The notes beneath the pieces were generated by a model that saw only the letters and a program-made list of their open reading frames with translations, searched no databases and was not told the origin of the DNA. A DNA stretch of 55,807 nucleotides from positions 1 through 55,807 of the IMG/VR virus record IMGVR_UViG_3300008012_000033; one strand, given 5' to 3'. The number at the start of each line of letters is the position of its first letter. The first letter of the stretch is position 1. The stretch comes from a virus. Taxonomy: Duplodnaviria; Caudoviricetes. Positions 10,251 to 18,651 of the stretch are shown one piece after another. The translations under genes and the position numbers were made by a program.

Positions 10251-10616
10251 ATGAAAATCTTACCAATCCTGTTTGCATCATCTGCGCTATTCTTAGCGGC
10301 CACCTCTGTGGCAGATGTAGCGGATGATAAAATATGTGACAGCGGCATCTGCGTAGTAGAGTTCAACGCATCTTTCAATTCCCAAAACAAAGTGGAATGG
10401 ATAGAGAACCTGAACGATTGCGAAACAAGCCGTGTGGACATTGCAACTGCTCCTGCCCTTCAGCAGGAGCACAAGATTGTTGTGGTGCCAACCATTGTTG
10501 TGTTCAACGAAGGCGAAGAGGTCAAACGATTTCAAGCCAACATCATGATGACGATGGAAGCAAGCATGGATGACGTGCAAGAAGCCATCGACGAAATACT
10601 GATGAGTGATTTTTAA
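10251..10616 (+). CDS. Exported thioredoxin-fold protein lacking CxxC
   Basis: Signal peptide; VVEFNASFN in place of VVDFxAxWC; RVDI...LQQEHKIVVVPTIVVFNEGEEVKRF matches the thioredoxin cis-Pro region. Confidence 0.78.
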   Translation: MKILPILFASSALFLAATSVADVADDKICDSGICVVEFNASFNSQNKVEWIENLNDCETSRVDIATAPALQQEHKIVVVPTIVVFNEGEEVKRFQANIMMTMEASMDDVQEAIDEILMSDF

Positions 10617-10625
10617 TACAGAACC

Positions 10626-11060
10626 ATGAGTGAAAAGAAAATCAAAGACACCAAGCTAGGATCTTGGTTGAAGGACAAGGCACCCAATGTCTTGTCCGTG
10701 GTAGGTAACCTGCTCCCCGACAGCGGCGGACTGGGTGTCGTCAAGAACCTGATTGCAAAAGACCCTGACGTCGATACCAATGAGGGGACGGCAGCGGTAG
10801 ATGCTGAGATTGCATTCCAAGCCAATGTTACAGAGCGATGGAAGGCTGATATGGGAAGCGATGTAAAGCTGGCCAAGCTCATCCGACCCGTCACCTTGAT
10901 CGCTTTGATGAGCATGTTCATGGTCACCATGATGATTGACAGCATGGACAACGTGGCCTTCACTGTGAAAGACTCTTACGTCGATCTCCTTCAGGTCTTG
11001 ATGCTCACAGCCTTCGGTGCGTACTTCGCAGGACGTACCATCGAAAAGGCCAAGAAGTAA
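10626..11060 (+). CDS. Holin (GTA 3TM-holin-like)
   Basis: ERWKADMGSD..LAKLIRP followed by two hydrophobic helices and AYFAGRTIEK basic tail; end of lysis operon. Confidence 0.75.
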   Translation: MSEKKIKDTKLGSWLKDKAPNVLSVVGNLLPDSGGLGVVKNLIAKDPDVDTNEGTAAVDAEIAFQANVTERWKADMGSDVKLAKLIRPVTLIALMSMFMVTMMIDSMDNVAFTVKDSYVDLLQVLMLTAFGAYFAGRTIEKAKK

Positions 11061-11150
11061 TCAGAGGATTGCAATCATGTAGCCCTTGTGGCAAGGCACG
11101 ATCATGCACTCTCCATCTATAACGGTGGTGTGGGTTGTCCAATAGTTCAT
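11061..11150 (-). CDS. Possible 29-aa micro-ORF (MNYWTTHTTVIDGECMIVPCHKGYMIAIL)
   Basis: ATGA overlap with the upstream stop; exactly fills the gap to the holin stop. Confidence 0.35.
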   Translation of the reverse strand: MNYWTTHTTVIDGECMIVPCHKGYMIAIL

Positions 11151-11584
11151 GCTGAGACAAACTTAACGTAGGACAGAGGTATCTGAAAGAACCTCTCTCC
11201 TTTTGCCATCATTTTGTTTGACACCTCGTGCGTGTCCAGGTGTTTGATGTCTTCGCTCCAAAAGCATGCGGCTCTTGAGAGGTCGTTGCTCCAGATAAAA
11301 AACAAGGTGCGCTCGTCAAAGAACTTTTGTTTGCGGGCGGGCAACTGCACATTGGCGTAGGGAAACTTCCCTGTCTCCCAAACAGCCTTGACTTCACACT
11401 CGACTAAAAAACGACAGTCTAACTTCGAGATGAAGCTGGGCTCAGCAATAAGATCCTGTGCGTATTGATCGGGATTCTCTGTCACGATGTAGCCCTGTTT
11501 CTCCATGCATGCAATCGTAGCCCCTCGTGCTTTGTTGTCGTATTCATGATGAAGAAGTCTATCGAAGGGCTTGTTTGGGGCCAT
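11147..11584 (-). CDS. Putative PD-(D/E)xK-fold nuclease
   Basis: QDLIA...LVECEVK motif; replication module context. Confidence 0.55.
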   Translation of the reverse strand: MAPNKPFDRLLHHEYDNKARGATIACMEKQGYIVTENPDQYAQDLIAEPSFISKLDCRFLVECEVKAVWETGKFPYANVQLPARKQKFFDERTLFFIWSNDLSRAACFWSEDIKHLDTHEVSNKMMAKGERFFQIPLSYVKFVSA

Positions 11585-12032
11585 TGTGCAGGTGTTTTTT
11601 GATGATCTCTATGGTGGCGTCTACCTGCTTTCTGTTCTTAGGGATGAACAGCATGTAGTCCTCCATATTGTTTTCAATCAGGTATTTCAGAAACAACTTC
11701 CATCGCAACGGAAAGGTGTGTTGGCCGTGGACGTAGCCCTTGGTTTCTATGATGAACTTGTGTTTGTGAGAGACAAAGTCTGGCGTGTACTTGATGCCCA
11801 TCACAGCCTTGTTTGAATTGTCACGCATCACGTCCCTTCCCTTGGTCATCTTGTGATATACTCCAGGGTATCGAAAGCCATCGACCAGATAGAAGACCTC
11901 CTCCTCGTATGCAAAGTCCCACCCCGTGTCCTTGAGCCTGTCAAAGCAGTATGCTTCAAGTGCGCTCTTCAGAGACTTACCTGCCCTCCTGTGTCCTTTT
12001 GCTTTAGGTCTTTTGCGTGGCTTCCGTTTCAT
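11559..12032 (-). CDS. Endonuclease I-like / Holliday junction resolvase (PD-(D/E)xK)
   Basis: KSALE, FAYE, KYTPDF, IIETKG motifs. Confidence 0.78.
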   Translation of the reverse strand: MKRKPRKRPKAKGHRRAGKSLKSALEAYCFDRLKDTGWDFAYEEEVFYLVDGFRYPGVYHKMTKGRDVMRDNSNKAVMGIKYTPDFVSHKHKFIIETKGYVHGQHTFPLRWKLFLKYLIENNMEDYMLFIPKNRKQVDATIEIIKKHLHNGPKQALR

Positions 12033-12036
12033 GCTG

Positions 12037-13806
12037 TCAGATCATTTTCATTTGTTTGTCTACATCTGTCGCTTGTATGTGAGTGAAGAGTCTACCAAAC
12101 GGCCCAACCATCTCAAAGCATGTGCCGTCCATAGACATCTTGAAGATGAAGGGTGTATCAAATGGCGTGGGTTCTCCGCCTGTCTCTTGGTTGCGAACCT
12201 TACGCACATGAAACTCAATCTCTCTTCGCTTGTCGATGCTCGGGTGGTGTATCTTCCTATGCAAAGTAAGGAAGCAATCGGAACGGTTGACCCACTTGCC
12301 ACCATGTTCTGTGTCCTCGGCTCCTGGAGCCACGGGAAGTCCATCGTTGCCCTTGGCCCTGATAGCTGAGGTAACAGAGTGGGCGTTGACCCATACAGCT
12401 ATGTTCATGCGATTGCTGAACGTTAAGAACTCACTTGCCGCTTCATAGTGATACTCATGGACACCACCCATTGAAAGGGTGGTGATCTTCAGGGAGTTGT
12501 ACGGGTCGATCAGCAAGCCGTCAATCGGGTGCTTGCGTGACACCTTCTCGCAATACAACAAGACCTCTTCGTAGCTCAGCACCTTGCTGTTGTCGATGAG
12601 AACGAAGTGCCTCTTCACCCACTTCATCATGGTGGATATCTCATTCTTGCTCAAGTCCTGAATGGTCTTGCCTGTTGCAAACTGTATCAAGCGCATCTTG
12701 ATAAGCGCCGTGTTGTTCTCGCTGCTGTATATCACCCATCTCCAATCGTGGTTGATGGCTGATGATACTATCATGTACAGCATGAAGGTGGTCTTACCTA
12801 TGCTGCTGTGTCCCGAGATCATGGTGAACTCTTTCTTGAACCTGTAGTTCCTGTCCAAGATGGTGTTGCCTGTCGATAGCCCTGTCTCAAAGTCGCCAGA
12901 CCTGAACTTGATGATCCAATCGAAGTCCTCGGTGTCGTCACTCATGAACGACAAGTCTCCATCGGTGAGCATCATCTCACGCCGCATAGCTTGCTCGGCC
13001 TCTATGGTCTCGGCCAGAGGTGACAGCTTACCCTGTCGTATGCCATCAGCTATGGTGTTGCGTGCCGTCTCCATGCTGTCCACATTCCGCTTCGCTATCT
13101 CTTTCTCCAAGACACGCACAGCTTCCGACTCCTCAACACGTCGTGCCGCTATGAAGCCACCCAACAAGATGCTTGCCTTGAGCAAGGCTTCGTGCTTTCC
13201 GCCATCGGGTGCCTTGCGTATAATGCAAGCGGCCAAATAGAGCTTGCTGTAGTCCGTGTCGTCAGAGGTAGGTACGTCGGGCGTAACAGCATTTTCTATG
13301 GTCTTGGAAAAGACCTTGCCCTCTGGTTTGATATGGATGTCGGGGTCGTAGCTTTCGTAACAACCCCGTGACTCGTTGATGCCACTTTGATCCACCAACA
13401 AGCCGTGTGTCTCGGAGAAGTGGTTGCACATAGCCCTGAAGTGTGACCTGTGCTTGGTCGGATCATCTATCTTGACGAGGGCCTTGAGACCATCACCCGA
13501 TGGGCTCACCCAGCATGCCTTGACGTATTCGTCATCGCTTAAAGACTGCTTGGCCACAGGCACGTCGATGTGATCGAAGTCCAGGACTATGTATCCGCTG
13601 TGTTTGCGTAGGCTGTCATCCTTACGGCTGTCGAAGATGCCACTGAACAGGATGAGGGGCAGGTCTTTCTTCTTTTTCTTGTCGCCCTCTCGTATGGCCT
13701 GTATGGTCTCTGATTGCTTGCCTGTCTTGATGCGCTGAAAGGCGAGGTCGAGATCGATGTGACGTGGGTTGTCTGTCTCGTAGTGGTTTGGGTATATGGT
13801 GATCAT
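12037..13806 (-). CDS. Primase (BT4734/VirE-N-like) fused to DnaB-like helicase
   Basis: N-terminal KKDLP, SGYIVLDFDH, SPSGDGLK; C-terminal Walker A GHSSIGKT, LLIDPYN, VNAH, KVRNQETGG. Confidence 0.85.
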   Translation of the reverse strand: MITIYPNHYETDNPRHIDLDLAFQRIKTGKQSETIQAIREGDKKKKKDLPLILFSGIFDSRKDDSLRKHSGYIVLDFDHIDVPVAKQSLSDDEYVKACWVSPSGDGLKALVKIDDPTKHRSHFRAMCNHFSETHGLLVDQSGINESRGCYESYDPDIHIKPEGKVFSKTIENAVTPDVPTSDDTDYSKLYLAACIIRKAPDGGKHEALLKASILLGGFIAARRVEESEAVRVLEKEIAKRNVDSMETARNTIADGIRQGKLSPLAETIEAEQAMRREMMLTDGDLSFMSDDTEDFDWIIKFRSGDFETGLSTGNTILDRNYRFKKEFTMISGHSSIGKTTFMLYMIVSSAINHDWRWVIYSSENNTALIKMRLIQFATGKTIQDLSKNEISTMMKWVKRHFVLIDNSKVLSYEEVLLYCEKVSRKHPIDGLLIDPYNSLKITTLSMGGVHEYHYEAASEFLTFSNRMNIAVWVNAHSVTSAIRAKGNDGLPVAPGAEDTEHGGKWVNRSDCFLTLHRKIHHPSIDKRREIEFHVRKVRNQETGGEPTPFDTPFIFKMSMDGTCFEMVGPFGRLFTHIQATDVDKQMKMI

Positions 13807-13811
13807 AGGTG

Positions 13812-14336
13812 TTACAGCATTTTTCTGTCCTTGAGGATATTCTTGTATGTCTTTCTCTTCATCACGCTTAGCTGATGCTTGATCTCTTTACGCTTGAGTA
13901 TCAACTTGTCAATCTTATCATTGATTCTGTCGATGGAGTCTTGCAGGTACATCAGCTCCTCTTCGTAACGACGCTTCCCTGAAAACTTCATGCGACCTAA
14001 CTCAGGTCTCACGGTGTTGGGGGCGTAGTGCATCAAGGCATCGGCTTGATCCTCCACCAATTCATTGGCGGCTCTGTACGACACCCTGTAGAAGGGAGAG
14101 TTGATGAAGTACATCTCATGGTTCCTCTTGCCGTGTATCACGGTGGTTCTGTCGATGCCCCAAACCCATGCGGCTTCTGTGTCAGAACAGAACCTGGATA
14201 GAGCATTGACGAGGGCGTACCGCATCTCTACCTCGGGACGCTTGCGTGACCCTGTGTTTTTCATGCCGACAATCCTGAGGTACTCCTCTCGGATAGAGCA
14301 TAGCAGTTCGTTTCGGTCTTTTTGTTCTTGATTCAT
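13812..14336 (-). CDS. DnaA C-terminal-like helix-turn-helix protein with C-terminal coiled coil
   Basis: SRKRPEVEMR...IDRTTVIHG resembles DnaA domain IV (R.R.....R...RDHTTV.H). Confidence 0.65.
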   Translation of the reverse strand: MNQEQKDRNELLCSIREEYLRIVGMKNTGSRKRPEVEMRYALVNALSRFCSDTEAAWVWGIDRTTVIHGKRNHEMYFINSPFYRVSYRAANELVEDQADALMHYAPNTVRPELGRMKFSGKRRYEEELMYLQDSIDRINDKIDKLILKRKEIKHQLSVMKRKTYKNILKDRKML

Positions 14337-14351
14337 TGTATTGAAATTGTG

Positions 14352-14425
14352 TACCCCCGATAGGATTCGAACCTATGACCCACAGCTTAGAAGGCTGTTG
14401 CTCTATCCAACTGAGCTACGAGGGC
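14352..14425 (-). tRNA. trnR: tRNA-Arg(UCU), no encoded CCA
   Basis: Reverse complement GCCCTCGTAGCTCAGTTGGATAGAGCAACAGCCTTCTAAGCTGTGGGTCATAGGTTCGAATCCTATCGGGGGTA folds as a cloverleaf; anticodon TCT; GGTTCGAATCC T-arm. Confidence 0.95.
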
Positions 14426-14468
14426 AAAAACGAGGGGGACGGGCATACCCAACCCTATCCCCCCCTCG
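14426..14468 (-). terminator. GC-rich hairpin plus U5 tract between ssb and the tRNA
   Basis: cgaggggga...tcccccctcg inverted repeat with adjacent aaaaa on the plus strand. Confidence 0.55.
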
Positions 14469-14492
14469 CAACAGGCTACCTGTTCCTGTCAC

Positions 14493-14795
14493 TCAAAATG
14501 GTAGATCGTCATCTACCTGAGGCTCGGATTCTTGCGGAGTCACCTGTTTCTCCGCTACCGACACCTTGCCATCCGTCCAAACCACCTTGGCGTTACCCGT
14601 GTAGTTTCTCTTCTCTTTCGCTTCTCTTTGTTCCTTGGTCTGCGAATCCCACATGCCGACGTTGTTGCCGAACTGATCTGTCTCGTTCTCTACACTCATG
14701 GTAAAGTTATAGAAAAGGTCTCCCTTCTTAGACCTATCGAGCTTGTCCTTTGGAAGTTTGCTCACATTGATGGAGCCGTTAATTAAAATACCCAT
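14493..14795 (-). CDS. ssb: Single-stranded DNA-binding protein (Bacteroidota-phage type)
   Basis: SINVSKL, DQFGN, YTGNAKVVW, acidic DDDLPF tail; next to recombination genes. Confidence 0.7.
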   Translation of the reverse strand: MGILINGSINVSKLPKDKLDRSKKGDLFYNFTMSVENETDQFGNNVGMWDSQTKEQREAKEKRNYTGNAKVVWTDGKVSVAEKQVTPQESEPQVDDDLPF

Positions 14796-14805
14796 GTTAA
14801 AAGTT

Positions 14806-15036
14806 TTAGGGGTTTGAAAAATGTTTCTTAGTCAAGTCGTAAGCATCACGGAATGCTTTGGACTGCATGCGGTAATCCGAGTCGAGCCATGCCGAAAAGA
14901 CACTTGCTCGTGGTAGCCCTGTCTCAACAGCAGCATCTCGGTATGTCCCGTGGTCATCTTGGATTATCCACCTCACAGCGATGGCCTCTGCGTCGGAGCG
15001 TCCGACGCCTGTGATTTGCTGAATTTTATTGATCAT
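14806..15036 (-). CDS. Small protein, possible HTH (start re-assigned to ATG 15036)
   Basis: TYRDAAVETGLPRASV HTH-like segment; ATG just after upstream stop. Confidence 0.5.
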   Translation of the reverse strand: MINKIQQITGVGRSDAEAIAVRWIIQDDHGTYRDAAVETGLPRASVFSAWLDSDYRMQSKAFRDAYDLTKKHFSNP

Positions 15037-15040
15037 GTCA

Positions 15041-15799
15041 TTATATTTCTCCTGTTTGATAATCGGCCTCTGTGCTCTTGCCTTCACCGAGGTAGCTCTT
15101 GATGCGGTCTACAGCAGTCCAAAACTTCTGCTCACCAAATCTCAAGGTGTCCTCCGATGCGTAGTACAGACCTACGGCATAGGGGTAGCTTTTGTCCTGG
15201 ACAACCCAACGGAAGTCCGTGGTGCCAAGAACCTTGCTGTACATGAAGGCTTGGATGTCGTAACCGAAGTCACGCACGGCCCACTTGAACTTTGAGATGT
15301 TGGCCGTGGTCTTGCTGTCGGTGATGTATCCATCGCCCAACACATCCAAGAAGCCACGCACAGGGACGTCATCAATGAAATCGTTGAACTCGTACTGCAT
15401 ATTGCCCTGCAAGGCAATTTTATCTACACCCGTCAGCTTCAACCTGTCAATCATCTCTTTGGCCTTGGCTACGTCCTCTGGCATGACCACAGCACGACCT
15501 TCTTCTTCAAGGGAAGTCAGCCATTCGCTGTATGCTTTGGTGCGCTTAGGGGCCTTCCCACCAATCTCCTTGCATATCTCTGTGTCATCGACTACTACGA
15601 ACTGAGTTTCAAAAAACTCAGGAGTAAGTAGCATGCAGTCATAGAGTTTGCCAAAGGCCAAGGCAGGGCTATCCCATTTGAGTTCATCACGCATCTTCAT
15701 GTCGAACTTCTTCATGTCCTCAAGAGCGTACTTGATGGAGGAGTACGAAAGGTATCCCTTGCCGTATTCCTTCGATAGCTTCAGTGCGAAATCCATCAC
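15041..15799 (-). CDS. PD-(D/E)xK exonuclease (exonuclease VIII/DUF3799-like)
   Basis: LSYSSIK, ALAFGKLYD, RGFLD, DSKTT, YDIQAFMY. Confidence 0.82.
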   Translation of the reverse strand: MMDFALKLSKEYGKGYLSYSSIKYALEDMKKFDMKMRDELKWDSPALAFGKLYDCMLLTPEFFETQFVVVDDTEICKEIGGKAPKRTKAYSEWLTSLEEEGRAVVMPEDVAKAKEMIDRLKLTGVDKIALQGNMQYEFNDFIDDVPVRGFLDVLGDGYITDSKTTANISKFKWAVRDFGYDIQAFMYSKVLGTTDFRWVVQDKSYPYAVGLYYASEDTLRFGEQKFWTAVDRIKSYLGEGKSTEADYQTGEI

Positions 15800-16389
15800 G
15801 GCATAGCTTCAGCGAGACGCCCGATGTCCTCAAGCTTGCGAACCTGATCGTCTGTCAGGTTGGTCTTGTGCTTCGCCAAGACTGCTTTCACTGCGGCAGA
15901 CTTGTTCTTGCTTTGGTCAACGTGTGTCCAACACTTGTCGTACAACGACTCTTCGCTCTTAGGCTTCGGTGCGGCCTTCGGTGCGGCAGGTGCGCTCCGA
16001 CCATGCGTATTGGTGCTGTCGCTATCCTTGGTGTCATCGATGCAGAACAGACCATTGAGAGCATACTTGCGGGCATAGCTCGATGAGGCTCCTGTGACCT
16101 GACTCCCATCCATGCCTTTCTTGCTTTCCTCCTCACGGGCAAATGCCGTGGTCTTGAGTTCCGCTTCACCATCTGTCAATCGGGCCGTGGCCTTGACATA
16201 GATGCGCCCTGAAACCTCTACAATCTCGTCACTCAAGGTGAGGATGAGACCATGTTCCATCGTCAAGGGTTTGACAGCTTCGAGGATGTCTTCGGCTGAC
16301 CTGTACTTGTACTTGCCGAAGTTGTTTGTTTGGCCCTTGGGGGCCTTGAGCGCACCTTGGATGCGGCTCACTTTCTCTACTAATTTCAT
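15796..16389 (-). CDS. erf: ERF-family ssDNA annealing protein (start re-assigned to ATG 16389)
   Basis: LKAPKGQ.NNFGKYKYRSAEDILEAVKP, QVTGASSSYARKYALNGLF. Confidence 0.92.
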   Translation of the reverse strand: MKLVEKVSRIQGALKAPKGQTNNFGKYKYRSAEDILEAVKPLTMEHGLILTLSDEIVEVSGRIYVKATARLTDGEAELKTTAFAREEESKKGMDGSQVTGASSSYARKYALNGLFCIDDTKDSDSTNTHGRSAPAAPKAAPKPKSEESLYDKCWTHVDQSKNKSAAVKAVLAKHKTNLTDDQVRKLEDIGRLAEAMP

Positions 16390-16427
16390 GTAACTAAATT
16401 TAAGTGGGGGATAAATATACGTCTTTT

Positions 16428-16625
16428 TCAACCTTCACCCAAAAACTCCTGCATGGTATTGTCCATGTTTTGGGCGGTGCCGAGGCTCTCCATGCTGACG
16501 ATGATGTCGCTTGGTCTGCCGCTGTTCTTTCTCCACCATGCAATGGTTTCTGCGATGGTTTCGAAGATTGGTGTGCCATCATAGATGGCGTTGTCTATTT
16601 CATTTACGATTGTGTACATATCCAA
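16428..16625 (-). CDS. Hypothetical early protein
   Basis: Part of a tightly packed minus-strand gene run. Confidence 0.55.
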   Translation of the reverse strand: MDMYTIVNEIDNAIYDGTPIFETIAETIAWWRKNSGRPSDIIVSMESLGTAQNMDNTMQEFLGEG

Positions 16626-16728
16626 GTGTGTTGAGGATTTTACAGATGTCTTCTAAGGCACTCTTGTACTGCTCCACCTCATCGGTGAGCAGGGCCATCG
16701 TGGTTTTCAGTTCTTCAATTGTGTGCAT
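16600..16728 (-). CDS. Hypothetical 42-aa coiled-coil protein (not in ORF track)
   Basis: MHTIEELKTTMALLTDEVEQYKSALEDICKILNTLGYVHNRK; preceded by ATACCCC-ATG leader; fills gap. Confidence 0.55.
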   Translation of the reverse strand: MHTIEELKTTMALLTDEVEQYKSALEDICKILNTLGYVHNRK

Positions 16729-16735
16729 GGGGTAT

Positions 16736-16963
16736 TTATTTACGTGGGTACAGGCTAACAGAGGCTCTTTTCTTTTTCACTCCGTACTTGAAGGTGGGCC
16801 AAAACGTGACCAACAGGCCGATGTTTTCCATGATGGCATCTTCAAGCCATGCTTTGGATTCCAAATCCAAAGTATCCTCTCCGTGCAGGTTGCTGAAGTT
16901 GTCCCATGCAACGGTGAGTTCGTCAATGGACAGTTCAAGGAAGGGATTCTTTGTCATGTCCAT
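16736..16963 (-). CDS. Hypothetical early protein
   Basis: Packed minus-strand ORF. Confidence 0.55.
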   Translation of the reverse strand: MDMTKNPFLELSIDELTVAWDNFSNLHGEDTLDLESKAWLEDAIMENIGLLVTFWPTFKYGVKKKRASVSLYPRK

Positions 16964-17184
16964 GAATCTAATGGGTCTGAATTATTTTTCTTGTGGTTCA
17001 CTGCACACAATCGCAGTTCGTACTTGTTTTCAATTGGACATTCTGCGCTTGGCCGAAGCATATCAACGGCATCTAGTGTGAAGTCATACAGGTCTTCAGA
17101 CAACGTGGTGTCGTGTACTTCGATGACCACAAGTGAGTCGTCGGGGTATTCTCGCAATGCGTCAATCAATTCTGCTTTAGTCAT
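16954..17184 (-). CDS. Hypothetical early protein
   Basis: MTKAELIDALREYPDD is a common small-phage-protein start; ATGA coupling. Confidence 0.65.
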   Translation of the reverse strand: MTKAELIDALREYPDDSLVVIEVHDTTLSEDLYDFTLDAVDMLRPSAECPIENKYELRLCAVNHKKNNSDPLDSWT

Positions 17185-17306
17185 GGCTTCTTGGGCTTTT
17201 TGGGTTTGGGTATGCGGACTATGTTCAGAACCTGCCTGTCCATAGCTTTATTGTGCAGGTCTGCAATTTCTTTGATGAGGTTGAACTGCTCGTTGTCTTT
17301 GTTCAT
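17181..17306 (-). CDS. Hypothetical 41-aa protein (start re-assigned to ATG 17306)
   Basis: ATGA overlaps at both ends. Confidence 0.5.
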   Translation of the reverse strand: MNKDNEQFNLIKEIADLHNKAMDRQVLNIVRIPKPKKPKKP

Positions 17307-17644
17307 TGCTCTGCTTTTTTGTAGTCCATGATGAGTTGGTCGATGGTCTTTCCATCGTTCAAGGTTTCGGGGCGACGATTCATCCATGCCACCATGCTTC
17401 GGAGGAACTCCGCTGATGCGTTGACAGGAGTTTCCTCGTATTGGTAGTCATCCTCGTCTTCCCATTCGGTGTAGTAGTAGTAGTCGTCTTCGTAAGCATC
17501 CTCAATTGATGCGTACTCGGTGTCATTGGTGATGTGTTCACTCATGTGCTTCTCGCTCTTGATGTACATGGCTCCATCGCCGATGCAGAATCCTGCGTTC
17601 ATGCCTTGTCCTGTGACATCACATTGTCTTGCGTACTTTTTCAT
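17303..17644 (-). CDS. Hypothetical acidic, Tyr-rich early protein
   Basis: ARQCDVTGQGMNAG...YYYYTEWE; ATGA coupling. Confidence 0.7.
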   Translation of the reverse strand: MKKYARQCDVTGQGMNAGFCIGDGAMYIKSEKHMSEHITNDTEYASIEDAYEDDYYYYTEWEDEDDYQYEETPVNASAEFLRSMVAWMNRRPETLNDGKTIDQLIMDYKKAEQ

Positions 17645-17820
17645 TGTGCTTGGGTATTAGCAGTTTCTTTTTGGATGTAGTGCTCATCGTACTTGAAGCC
17701 ATGCTTCGTGCGTTCGATGTGGCTGATGAAGTTGTCCATGTGCAACTTGTCATTGAAGGTCTTGGTGACAGACCATCCTCGGTGCCTGTCTAGGGTATGG
17801 AAAACGATGGTGGCTCTCAT
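17641..17820 (-). CDS. Hypothetical early protein (start re-assigned to ATG 17820)
   Basis: ATGA overlaps at both ends. Confidence 0.6.
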   Translation of the reverse strand: MRATIVFHTLDRHRGWSVTKTFNDKLHMDNFISHIERTKHGFKYDEHYIQKETANTQAQ

Positions 17821-18086
17821 GACATGTAGGTTTCGGTGCCGTCTGCAATCACAACGTGAAACATCATGCAACTATTGTATGGCATCCATGTGTCCATGTC
17901 GAGGAACCGACCACGGCATCCTGTGTAGCCGAATCGCTCACGGACAGCCATCCAAAGCTTGCGCTCTGATGTGCCGCAGGGAACTTCCAAGATGCGTCTC
18001 TCAACGATGCTTCCATTGGCCACCCAAGACATTCCGTCATGGATGGCATCGGTCATGGTGACCAAGTATTTCATGTGGGTATTCAT
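17817..18086 (-). CDS. Hypothetical early protein
   Basis: Packed minus-strand ORF with C/A-rich leader. Confidence 0.6.
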   Translation of the reverse strand: MNTHMKYLVTMTDAIHDGMSWVANGSIVERRILEVPCGTSERKLWMAVRERFGYTGCRGRFLDMDTWMPYNSCMMFHVVIADGTETYMS

Positions 18087-18124
18087 GTGTTCTGGGGTTT
18101 AGGGTACATGGGTTTCAGATCCCT

Positions 18125-18460
18125 TCAGTTTTGTTCGTGTTCGTCAAATGTCACGCCGTCAAGGTCTCGGAACTCGGCACTCCATGAATCGGAGAGGATG
18201 ATGTATTCACCATCTCCAACCTGCGTCTCGGCAACGACAGAGAGACCGACAGACACCATGTGTTCGATGGCTTGTTCTCGGATGTCGCCAATCCTGTGGC
18301 TGTAAGGCAGGACGATGGTGTGACGCATCTTGCTCCATGCATCGCTTGCGTCTTTGTGGCTCTTGGTCATGACATCAACAATCTTGACTCGGGCACCACG
18401 ATGGTTCGTGGGCGACAGGAACGTGACCTTGAAGGCACGAAGGTTTTGTACTTCAGACAT
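18125..18460 (-). CDS. Hypothetical early protein
   Basis: VTFLSPTNHRGARVKI motif; C/A-rich leader. Confidence 0.7.
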   Translation of the reverse strand: MSEVQNLRAFKVTFLSPTNHRGARVKIVDVMTKSHKDASDAWSKMRHTIVLPYSHRIGDIREQAIEHMVSVGLSVVAETQVGDGEYIILSDSWSAEFRDLDGVTFDEHEQN

Positions 18461-18477
18461 GGGTATGGGGTTGTGGG

Positions 18478-18651
18478 TTAATCTTGAACGTGGACGATGA
18501 CCTTGCAGACCTTCTTGCCTTCGGCGAAAATTTCTGCATAGTTGTCGAGTTGACGTTGGGCGTCCTCACGTCTTGTGAACATGGTTCCTGCTCGGTAGAT
18601 GTTGTCCAAGACGGGCTCATCATTGTGGTCGCAAATGGCGTACAAAATCAT
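18478..18651 (-). CDS. Hypothetical early protein (start re-assigned to ATG 18651)
   Basis: ATG directly follows the CACAATACCCATACCC leader. Confidence 0.6.
   Translation of the reverse strand: MILYAICDHNDEPVLDNIYRAGTMFTRREDAQRQLDNYAEIFAEGKKVCKVIVHVQD

Noticed and set aside
14352-14425. Suppressor tRNA or stop-codon reassignment
   Set aside because: Anticodon is TCT (Arg), and long genes are intact under the standard code
16511-17245. 244-aa plus-strand ORF and other long antisense ORFs (e.g. 7560-8258, 23282-24015)
   Set aside because: They shadow well-supported genes on the opposite strand and lack recognisable motifs
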